From the human T2T-CHM13v2.0 reference genome, Homo sapiens: a DNA stretch of 64,000 nt. The DNA lies in the NCBI RefSeq assembly GCF_009914755.1, contig NC_060925.1. One strand, given 5' to 3'. Under the pieces are notes generated by a model. That model saw only the letters and a list, made by a program, of their open reading frames with translations, was not told the origin of the DNA and made no database searches. This document shows, one piece after another, positions 13,830-31,705 of the stretch (the stretch's first letter is position 1; each line of letters starts with the position of its first letter). A program made the position numbers and the translations under genes.

Positions 13830-14080
13830 GCTTCAAAGTGTGGGCTCTAGAGCTATAGAGTGATGGTTAATAGCAAGGTTTTAAATTCCACCTTCACCAC
13901 CTGCTGTATTTGGCCATAGGCTGTTAACTTAATCACTATATGGCTGGGTATTCTTATTTTTAAAAATGATAACTTCCCTAATTATTTGATACGGTTATTG
14001 TGAAGATAAAAGGAACTAATACATACAAAGCACTTTTAATAGTCTCTGATACATAATGACTCAATAAATATTAATTATTT
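13830..14080 (+). mobile_element. MIR SINE
   Basis: Degenerate MIR core and 3' end (…GGTTATTGTGAAGATAAA…ACATACAAAGCACTT…CTCAATAAATATT). Confidence 0.65.
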
Positions 14081-15243
14081 AATATTAGCCATTTAAAATA
14101 ACCAAGTATTATTACTTTAGCTCAGCTCTTCATGAACTCCAGGTCTCAATCTGGAGGTGGAGATGAGGATAGTAGGGAATAAAGTGAGACTATAATAATG
14201 AAGTAATATTCTTGACTAAAATCTTGCTAATATATTAGGGCAGAAGAATCACCAAAAAAAAAAAAAAAAAAAGAGTGTGCAATGCTGTCAGATGTGCCAT
14301 GGTACCCACTGCTCTAGGCTGGGCCTGGAAGGCAGAGACTTACCCTGGACATCAGACGCAGTGTCCACACAGATCCCAGGCAGTGAGCCTTGCTAAAGGA
14401 GGCTAGGTCCCCAAAATGCAGGTCCGTCACCCTTGATAGTGTTTTCTTGGTGTTTTAAATGAACTTTCACTGTTTGTCATATAATATTTAGTTTTAGAGA
14501 GCCATATTACTGATAAAAATAGTATGACTTATTTTTGAGAAGTAAATAAGATAATTGGGGGCAATCTAAGCAAAGTCTTCAATTGTGTTTCTGCTAAAGT
14601 ACGTGAAGTACATGCCACTTTCTCAGTAGGAAAGACTGTTGGCAGACTGACAAGATGAATCATTGCTGAAATGTATTCAAAAAGAATTATAGAGCAGAAC
14701 CAGGGATAGAATCTAACAGGAAATAAGCCCCATGGGTCATTCTGAGTTATGTCCTTTTTAGTGAGTCTGTTTTAGTTTAAGTTTATTTGAATAATACTAA
14801 GATGTACTGTATTGAGCAAGGGAAAGACTCTCTGTAACATACGGGAAACTTTTATCACTCAGGTTTTATCGTCTGGTTTTTCACTTTTTATGCAAATTTT
14901 TTTCCCCTTCATGTTAGAATAATTTTGGTCAATGTTTTCTCAAGATATGACTAATTTTTATTTTATCGTCTTTAGAGAAAGTTGAAGAGTCACAGTACCT
15001 TTCTTTTATCACAATAGAACCTACTGCACACAAAATTTAAAATGTATCCTTGGTTTTCATCTGAAGTTTTGCAATATAATGCAAATTAATACTTTTTCAT
15101 CTTCAGCTTTTTGAAATTCACTTTCCACACTGCACTTAGAAATGCATTTTTAAAACTAAAATATGAGCATGTTATTTCCCTGTTTTAGTCTCTTCAGTGG
15201 CATCCATTGACCTAAGGCTTACCAGGCCTGCCGCATCTGGCAC

Positions 15244-16090
15244 TGTGATATTGTGAAATATTAAATACATTTGGTTTTCCTTCCCTTTTCCTGGCATACA
15301 GCTCTTAAAACTCTTGAAGTCTCTTAAGTGATATGTCTTTTTGTAAGCTGATAAGATGACTGATGGCTGGGGACTCCTGGAAAACTGGGGGCTACTAGAT
15401 AGCCTCAGAATGGAGAACTGTTGCCAAGGGAACCAACCCTGCAATTTAAGATTTGGAACTTTTAGCTTCACTCTCCAACCAGGGTGAGTGAAATTTGGGT
15501 CGATCGCAAGTGGCTAATGATTTAGTCAGTCATGCCTATGCAATGAATCTTCCATAAAAACCTGAAAGGACTGCATTTGAAGAGCTTCTGGGGATCTAAA
15601 CATGTGGAGGTTCCTGGAGGGTGGCACCCAAACAGGGCAGGGAAGCTCTCACATCTCTTGCCCTATGCATCTTTTCCATCTGGCTGTTCATCTGTATCCT
15701 TTGAAGTATTCTTAATAATAAATGGGTAAATATAAGTGAAGTGTTTTCCTGAGTTCTGTGAGCTCTTCTAGCAAATTAAACTCAAAGAAGAGGTCATGGG
15801 AACCCCTGCTTTATAGCCAGTCAGTCGGAAGAAAAGGTAACAACCTGTGGCTTGTGATTGGCATCTGAAGTGAGTGTCAGTCTTGTGGGACTGAGCCCTT
15901 ACCCTAAGTTATCTCCAGGTAAATAATGTGAGAATTGAATAGAATTCCAGGACACCCCTCTGGTGTCTGCTGGAGATTTTCTTGATGTGTGGGGAACCCC
16001 TCCCTCACATCTGGTCACAGAAGCATTCTGTGCCGTATTGAATGAGTGTTAGAGAAGGAAAAACACTTTTTTTTCCCTGTCTGTATCAGA
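15244..16090 (+). mobile_element. MER21-family solo LTR
   Basis: Begins TGTGATATTGTGAAATAT…TTTCCTGGCATACAGCTC, with typical CCTGAGTTCTGTGAGC and CTTGTGGGACTGAGCCC segments; 3' boundary approximate. Confidence 0.8.
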
Positions 16091-16229
16091 TACCTACATA
16101 CCACTTCAGCTTCAGCTCCCACTCTGATTCTTCTTTGTCTCTTGCTCAAGACACACAGGATTTACTTCCCTTCTTCAGTGTATAGTACAACCTTCTTTTT
16201 AGATCAGATATTAAAATCCAAATGTAGCA

Positions 16230-16512
16230 GAGGCAGATTAAAGTGAAGCAGATCAGGTATAATACGGTCAGGATTGCTGGTACCTGTGGCAAAATGGAGA
16301 ACACATACTCTCATAAAAGCAGCTGCTACTTGGTTCAACTGATTGCTGCCATGTCTTAGATCCTCTAATTTTTCAAGAAAACTAGAAATTTGATTTTTTT
16401 CTGTAATCTCAAAGTTTTTCAATATCGGCAACTAATTTCTTAAGCACACTAAAAGTCAGTAAAGCATGTTCGGCTGCTATTTTTATTCGTATATGCAACC
16501 AAGTTGAAAACT
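16230..16512. mobile_element. MER103-like hAT-Charlie DNA transposon relic
   Basis: TTTTCAAGAAAACTAGAAATTTGATTTTT…GGCAACTAAT resembles MER103C. Confidence 0.55.
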
Positions 16513-16768
16513 TAAGATATTAATCTTCTCTGTTATACCCCTATTCCTAGGCCTTAGCCCTTCATCTTCTCAGGAGATTCCCCCACAGATTTAAATCCCC
16601 TTGATCTAAAGCTCTCACAGCTACCTTTATATTTCCTTTTGTAACATTCATCATACTTTTGTGAGTCATCATTGTCATTAATCTCTTATAAATTCCATGA
16701 AGTTAGAGACTATGCACATCTTTTAAAAATTATATCTAGAAGAATGCTTGGGATATAAAAGGGTATTA

Positions 16769-17064
16769 GGCTGGGCACAGTGGCTGATGCCTGTAATCCC
16801 AGCACTTTGGGAGGCTGAGACATGTGGATCACCGGAGCTCAGGAGTTCGAGACGAGCCTGGCCAACTTGGTGAAACCCCGTCTTTAAAAAAATACAAAAA
16901 TTAGCCGAGTGTGGTGGCATGTACCTGTAGTCCTAGCTACTCAGGAAGCTAAGGTAGGAGGATCACTTGAGCCTGGGAAGCAGAGGTTGTAGTGAGCTGA
17001 GATCACACCACTGCACTCCAGCCTGAACAACAGAGTGAGACCCTGTCCAAAAAAAGAAAATAAA
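16769..17064 (+). mobile_element. Alu (AluJ/old S-like)
   Basis: Full dimer GGCTGGGCACAGTGGCT… with GGAGGATCACTTGAGCC and an A tail. Confidence 0.95.
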
Positions 17065-17758
17065 TATTTGTGAATCTAACTGAAACATTATATTCATTAT
17101 ATTAATGTTAAATATACAGGATAAATATTATGCCCATTTTATAGTCTGTAAAACTATAACACTGTGGACTTAAATGACCTTTTTGAGGTCATTCAGCTTT
17201 TGGTAGTAAGTTCAGCTTCTGACTCAGAGATTATAGCTCTTGCCACCAGGCCTTGCTATGTTTCTTAGCCATCTTCAGATTTTTCATAATATTGCAAGTC
17301 TGAAAGTTTGAACGCTATAGATTGTTTAAAAGGAATTCTGAATATATGTTTTAATATTTGCTATATAGTCAACATTAAGTTAAAATGAAATTTAGGAAAG
17401 CAAAGACAAATAGCATTGCTAAAAGACATGAAGAATTTGTTTAATTTGGGAAAATGCTTTTTTTCTAGATTCAGTGCTTTTACCTAATATTAATATTTGA
17501 TTAGCTTAAAATAAACATTAATTGTCCAGCCCATTCATACATTAATCTGACAGTTTTTTCTCCATTGCATTAGCTAAGAGTAAGCCTTGATCATCTAAAA
17601 AGCATATTTTTTTGTTTTTCTCATACTGGTTATGTTATTGGCATCCATCAATATGCTGCATGGATGCAAGGAAGAAAAGAGAAAAAGAAAAATTATATGG
17701 GAAGTGCAAGAAATAAAAGAAGTTGTAGAGCTGCTAATATAACTGGATTATCAGAAAG

Positions 17759-18293
17759 TGTCACTGGTAAACTGAGTTCTTTCTCTACTTTATGTTGGTT
17801 GCAAAGAAAGAACACCCAGTTGGAAAGACCAGCAAGCCACTGGCGAGAAATCGAGAAGCAGTGCACTCTCACTCTAAAGATCCCTTTTCCTCAAATCACA
17901 GAAGGAATGGGGTTTTTAAGGACTGTGTGAGAAGTGAGAGAGAAATGTTAGTATGTGCAGGGTGGGACTCCAGACGTACAGGCTCAACTCACAAACATAC
18001 ATAAACTCATACACACAAAATACAGAATAGCAGAGACTTTCTTTTTGGGGTAGGTAATGTTAGCATTATAATAATATATTAATGACTTATGCCAGCTAAA
18101 GGTAATCTGTTTCAGTTTGTGCCAGTTTGGGGGTCATATCTCCCTCTGGTATCTGGTCATAGGTCATAAAGCTCTGGTGCCATCCAAGTCCATATGGTTT
18201 CTTCAAGCAGCTGTGCCTATAAATAAGAGACTAAAGAAAAACAGTAAGGAAAAGAACTTTCCCAGTTATTTCATCAAGGCTTCCCTGGTAACA
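17759..18293 (-). mobile_element. ERV1 (MER4/LOR1-group-like) solo LTR inserted into a candidate exon
   Basis: TGTCACTGG…CTGGTAACA imperfect inverted termini, about 535 bp, flanked by AAAG / (A)AAG as near 4-bp TSD; internal GGGGTTTTTAAGG typical of antisense ERV1 LTRs. Confidence 0.7.
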
Positions 18294-18761
18294 AAGTTAA
18301 TAGGCAATTTTTGGTCATTTTCCAGGATTATTTTAAAATCACAGCTGGAAGGTACCAACGATTTCAAGGAGGCTATTTATTGCTACACTTCGGGACCGTG
18401 AGAAATGTTTATATTACTTAAATCAATATTGCTAATTCTAGTAATCTCTCTTAAGGAAATAAATATCTTAAAAATAGATAAATGGTTTTATAAGTTAGGG
18501 CATATCCCAACAATGTGATATTACAAATAATGATTAGTGATGTTTTGCAGGTATTCAATAATGCATGTGAATGGTCATTACATAGAGTTAAGTAAGTAAA
18601 AAAGGAATTCAAGTCTGTTATAAAATATTTCCCCCAATGCCAAAAAAAAGTAAAAATAAAAGGCTAAAATTAAATTTCAAAGAGGGGGCTTCAAGATGGC
18701 TGACTAGCAGCATTTCATACCACCTCCTCCACTTAGAAGAACCTAAATAGTACATGAACAG

Positions 18762-19173
18762 TGTGTTAGTCTGTGCTGCCATAAAGGAATATCTGAGGCT
18801 GGATAATTTATAAAGAGAAGAGGTTTATTTTGGCTTACAGTTCTGCAGGCTGTACAGGAAGCATGGTGCTGGCATCTGCTTCTAGTGAGGCCTCAGGAAG
18901 TTTACAATCATGGCAGAAGACAGAGGGGAGCCAGCATATCACATGGCAAGAGAGGGTGCAAGAAAGAGAGGAGAAGTTCTCAGACTCTTTTAAACAATCA
19001 GATCTTTTGTGAACTCGGAGGAAGAACTCACTCATTACCAGAAGGAGGGCACTAAGCCATTCATGAGGGATCTGCTGCCATGACTCAAACACTTCCCACC
19101 AGATCCCACCTCCAACACTGGGGATCACATTTCAATATGAGATTTGGAGGGGACAAACATCTGAACTATATTA
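18762..19173 (-). mobile_element. MST (MSTA-like) MaLR solo LTR
   Basis: TGTGTTAGTC…TTCTGCAGGCTGTACAGGAAGCATGGTGCTGGCATCTGC…GAGATTTGGAGGGGACAAACATC. Confidence 0.9.
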
Positions 19174-20838
19174 GAATATGTTATCCCAGAGAGAACTTGA
19201 ATTCAACAGAGAGGTGACAGGACACATTGAAAGCAAGAAAGGAAAAAATAAAGAGGCAGCCTGCTTGGCAGGGATTGCCTGGGTGCTAAAAGTGATTTCC
19301 CAGCACGAGGAAAGGATGAGTGAGAGACTTCTGGCAGCTAACGTTCCCATAGTGGAATCATGTAATCCTGGTCACGGGAGAACCCTTTGACCCTCCCAAC
19401 CCCTGAAATTAACATAGGTAGCTGCCAGGAGACTGTGGGATGGGACTGTACTAGGGAGAGAGCTTGCACCGGGTTCCACACCCTATCTGAGACTTAAGTG
19501 GTTACAGCAAAGTGCTATTATCAAACCTAGCCTTTGGCAGACTGCACACTGCCCTGTGGCCCAGTGGTGCCAGAATTGAGATGTTATGGAAACTCAGGCT
19601 ACTGCTGCTAAAACTAGAGAATGAGCTGAGTGTGCTCCTGGGGCTGGAGCTAAGAAGCAAGAAAAGTGTGGGCTGCAGCTCCTGATGCCAGGAAATAAGC
19701 ACTACCAGGATTGAGACTGGGACACAAGTGGGGCATGAATTGCTGCTGGGACGTTGTCGTGTGCTGGGTGGGGGCTCCTGCAGCTGGGATGGAAGAGCGA
19801 GCTAGGCATGGGCTGCTGCTACCAGGGCTGGGGGAAAGCACCAAGTGTAAGAGTGATGCGTGTTCCCCACATGCTGGTTCAGGCTGTGGCCACGAACGAT
19901 GGCCGCACTCTCTCTAGTGGCGTTCCTCAGCATAGCTGTTACTGCCTCTCATCCTAGCACTCCACCTGGGACCTGAAGATTGTTATGCCCCTGCCCACCA
20001 CAGCTGGTGCCTGCTGTCACCACTGGGTGGCCTGAGCACAGGCCTGTCTACCCTGGTTTCAGCCCTCCCTTCAGGACAGAGAACATAGCTTGGGGTCCTG
20101 GAGATTGCCCAATTCAAGCTACCACTTCGGGCATCTCAGCACTCCTTGTGGAGCCTGCGGTTGGACCTAAACTCCCAGCTGCTACCACTTCAGCTGGCAC
20201 CTACCTGCAAGTGCCATCTTTAGGCTTGGATATTGGCCTGTCTAGTCCATCGCAGCCACTACCAATATCAAGGCACACTGCTTGACCCAGAGAATTATTC
20301 TCCCACTCTTATTGTCATTGCCTAAACCACACTAGTTGCCCAGGGGCCTGAGAATCCACTCACTCATTCACCTGGTCCACTGCTGCCACTACCAGCATCA
20401 GAGCAAGCCACCTGGAGTCCCAAGAATTTGCTCACTGCTAACTGCCAACAGAAATACCAGTGTACACCACCCTGGGGCACAAAAATAGGCATGCTCAGCC
20501 ACTGATGCCACCACTGGGGCCTGAAAACTGGCCCACCTGGCATCTCAGCCACCAGCACAACTTCACCACAGCATCCTCTAATAACTGTACTTTAGCATAC
20601 TGAGGAAATCACAGATGCCATTAATGCTGTTTACAGCCAAAGAAATCATACAGAGACTACACTACTACACACACACACAGAATCAAAGGCAAAGTACCCT
20701 ATCAGACCAACACCATAGATATATCTTCAGGAAAAGTCCTCTTTTACAAGAGTTAATTCAAAAATAGGAAGAAGTGACTGTTACACCAGATGCACAGATA
20801 TCAACATAATGACCCAGGAAATTTTAAAAGCAAGGAAA

Positions 20839-21251
<413 letters not shown>

Positions 21252-21356
21252 TCAAAATACTTATTTTAAAGAAACTCAGTGAAATACAAGAGAATTCTGA
21301 AAAACAATCCAAATACATCAGAAAAATATTTCAGGAACTGAATAAAAATTGTATAA

Positions 21357-21672
<316 letters not shown>

Positions 21673-24016
21673 TCATATATTTTTAAAAATAACCCAGTGA
21701 AAATTCTGGAACTAAAAAAAATCATTGAAGGAAATACAAAATACATTTGAAATCTTCAGAAATAATCTAGATCAGGCAGAAGAAAGACTCTCAGAACTTG
21801 AAGACAAGTTTTTTGAAATAATCCATTCAGAGAAAAATAAAGAAAAAAAGAATAAAAAAGACCAAGCAAAGCCATTGCCACATTTGGGACAACAGAAAGT
21901 GGTCATATATTCAAATTTATTAGTATTTTTAGTAGAGATGGGGTTTTGTTATGTTGGCGAGGCTGGTCTCAAGCTTCTGACCTCAAGTGATTCGCCCACC
22001 TTGGCCTCCCAAAGTGCTGGATTACAAGCATGAGCCACCACACCTGACCATATATTTTTTAAAATAACGCAATGAAAATTCTGGAACTAAAAAATTAATT
22101 GAAGGAAATACAAAATACATTTAAATATTCAAAAATAATCTGGATCAGGCAGAAGAAAGAATCTCAGAACTTGAATACAAGTCTTTTGAAATAATCCATT
22201 CAGAGAAAAATAAAGAAAAAAATAATAATAATAAAGACCAAGCAAAGCCATTGCCACATTTGGGACAACATAAAGTGGTCAAATATTCAAATTATTGGTA
22301 TCCCTGAGTGCAAAGAGACAAAGAAAGGATTAGACAATCCATTTAATGAAATAATAGATGAAAACTTCACAAGTCTAATAAGAGATTTAGACACTCAGAT
22401 ACAGAAGGCTCAGTGATTTCCCAGGAAGATACAGTGCAAAAAGATCTTCTGTATGGCACATTATAGTCAACCTGTGTAAAGTCAAAGATAAAGAGAAAAA
22501 TCTTAAAAACGGCAAAAGAAAAGCATCTAGTCACCTATAAAGGAAATCCCATCAGACCAAGAGCAGATTTCTCAGCAGAAGCCTTACAGATCAGAAGAGA
22601 ATGGGGTGATACAGTCAAAGTGATGAAAGAAAAATACTATTAGCCAAGAATACTACATTCAGCAAAATTATCCTACATAAATGAAGGAGAAATAAAGTCT
22701 TTCTCAGATAAGCAAATGCTGAGAAAATTTGTTATCACTAGATGGGCCCTTTAGGAAATGCTCAAGGGAGTCCTAAACCTGGAAACAAAGGATATTTACC
22801 ACCATGAAAACATACAAAACTGTAAAACTCACTGATGAAGCAATCACACAAAGGAGAAGAACAGACTCAAGCGGTACCACTACAGCAATCCACCAAACCA
22901 CAATAACAATCAATAAGAGAAAAAGAAAAGATATATTTCTATATCTTTTATATATCAATATCTATATCTGTATCTTTTTATCTCTCTCTATATACATATG
23001 TATAACAACCAGAAAATAATTAATATGACAGGAACAAAACCACAGATATCAATAACAACCTTGAATGCAAATGGTTTAAGTTCTCCACTTAAAAGACATA
23101 GAATTTATCTATTTCTTCTAGGCTATCCAACTTTTTTGTGTTTAATTATTTCTTGTTTTTCTAATTCCTTGAGGTGCACTAATGTGTTGTTTATAAGAAT
23201 TTTTTTTATTCTTTTGTGACATAAGCATTTATTGCTATAAACTTCCCTCTTAGAACCGGTTTTGCCATGTATAAGAGGCTTTCATATGATGTGTTTCCAT
23301 TCTTCTTGTTTGTCTCAAAAAGTTTTAAAATTTCTCTTTTAATTTTGTTATTGACCCAGTGGTAATTTAAATGTATATTGTTAATTTCCATGTATGTAGA
23401 AAGGTTTCAAGATTTTTCTTGTTTTTGATTTCTAGTTTTATATCATTGTGGTGAGAAAAAATACTGGATATGATTTCTATATTATTAAAGAGTTGTTTCA
23501 TGGCCTAATATATGATCTATCCTGGAGAATGTTCCATGCGCTTTTGAGAAAAATGTACATTCTGCAGCTATTGAATAGAATGTTCTCTAAATGTCTGTTA
23601 GGTGCATTTGATCTATGGTGAAGTTTAAGTTCAATGTTTCTTTGTTGATTTTCTGCCAATTGACCTATCCATTGTTTAAAGTGGGAGTATTGTTATTATT
23701 GCCATTATTGTATTGCAATCTATCTCTACTTTTAGATTTAATAACATTTGCTTTATATATTTGTCTGCTCTGGCATAAGGTGCATATATATTTATAATTG
23801 TAATATACTCTTGTTGAATTAATTCCTTTAAAATTATATAATAGTCTTCTTTGTCATTTTTACAGTTTTTGACTTAAAGTCTATTTTATCTTATGTAAGT
23901 ATGGCTATGCCTGCTTGCTTTTGGTTTTCATTTGCGTGAAATATCTTTTTCCATTCCTTCACTTTCACGCTATGTTTGTCTTTAATGGTGAGATGACTCT
24001 CTTATAGGGAACATAT

Positions 24017-24058
24017 AGTTGGGTTGTGTGTAGGGGTGTGTGTGTGTGTGTGTGTGTG
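24017..24058. repeat. (TG)n microsatellite
   Basis: Direct read. Confidence 0.85.
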
Positions 24059-24088
24059 TTTAATCCATTCAGCCATTCTTTATCTTTT

Positions 24089-30225
<6,137 letters not shown>

Positions 30226-31552
30226 TTATTTATCTTTTAATTGGAGAATTTAATCCATTTACCTTCAAGGTATTACTGATAGATAAGTACTCATTTCTAC
30301 CACTTTATTAATTATTTTTTAGTTGTTTGGTAGATCCTTTGTTCCTTTCTTCCTCTGTTGTTTTTTACATTTGTGGTTTTCTGTGGTGCTGTGCTTTTTT
30401 TCTTTTTTCCTTTTTTTTTTTGTTTTGAACCATTTTGACTTTAAACCTTCATACTACATACTTCATACAATTGAAACACTTACATAGCACCATTATATCC
30501 CTGGGGTATTCTGAGATTCATTATGAATTTACCTATACTGGTAAGTTTTACACTTTCACGTTTTCATGATAGTAATTATCTTTTCATTACAGTTGTATTA
30601 CAGCGTTAAGCATTTCTTGTAAGGCTGGTGTAGTGATGATGAGTTCCCTCTGCTTTTGTTTGTCTGGGAATGTCGTTATGTTTGCATTATTTCTGAAATA
30701 TTACTTTGCTGGATAAAGTGTTCTTGGCTGACAGTTTTTTTTGTTCTGTCCACATTGAATATTTCAACCCTTTCTTTTCTGGCCTGCAAATTTTCTGCTG
30801 AGAAATTTCTGATAGTCTAATGGAGATTTTATTATATATGGCTTGATGCTTTTATCTTGTAATTTTTAGAATTGTCTCTGTCTTTGACCCTTTACAGTTT
30901 GCTTATAATGTGCCTTGGAGATAATCTTTTTTGTTTGAATCCAATTGGGGGCTTTTGAGTTTCCTGGATCTAGATGTTTCTATATCCTTCCAGACTTGCA
31001 AAGTTTTCAGTTGTTATTTTGTTAAATAGGTTTTCCATGCATTTCTCCATATTTTCTCTTTTTGCCACTCCTTTAATGTCAATGTTTTTTCATTTAATGG
31101 TATTCCATAAGCCCTGTAGGCTTTCTTCATTCTTCTTTCTTTTATTAGCTCACATTCAGAAATTCTTTCTTCTTTTTGATCTAGTCTGTTAGTCAATATT
31201 TCAGTTGTGTTATTTTATTTTTCTCATTAAATTTTTCAGCTGCAAGATTTCTGTTAGATTCTTTTTATGATATCTATCTCTTTGTTGCATTTCTCATTCA
31301 GCTCATGATAGGTTTCCTCCTTTTATTGAATGGTTTGTCTATATATACTTGTATCTCTCTGAGTTTCCTTAAGATCATTATTTTGATCTTTTTAGGCACT
31401 TTGTAAATAACTTTTTCTTTGGGATCTGTTACTGGAGACTTATTGTGTTGCTTTGGAGGGTTCATTTTCTTGCTTTTTCATATTTCTTGTGTCTCTACAT
31501 TGATATATGCAATCTAGTGAAACTGTCACTTTTTCCAATTTAATGGAATAGT

Positions 31553-31705
31553 TCAGCCAAGAATACTTCATCCAGCAAAGTAATATTTCAGAAATAATGC
31601 AGACACAACGACATTCCCCGACAAACAAAAGCAGAGGGAACTGGTCATCACTACCTCAGCCTTACAAGAAATGCTTAATGCTGTAATACAACTGTAAAGA
31701 AATGA
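31553..31705 (+). repeat. Inverted duplicate of 30580-30731
   Basis: Reverse complement of 30580-30731 including locus-private variants (AATAATGCA, GCTGTAATACAACTGTAA). Confidence 0.9.

Larger units (their letters stand above)
15044..17602 (+). other. Putative U12-type (GT-AG) minor intron of the decayed gene
   Basis: 5' site GTATCCTT at 15044, 68 nt after a strong acceptor (GACTAAT branch plus pyrimidine tract, AG at 14974-14975); U12-like branch CCTTGAT at 17585-17591 with AG 12 nt after the branch A and no polypyrimidine tract. Confidence 0.55.

Noticed and set aside
15694-15702. GTATCCTTT as another U12 donor
   Set aside because: Lies inside the MER21 LTR with no upstream exon; it shows the motif alone can occur by chance.
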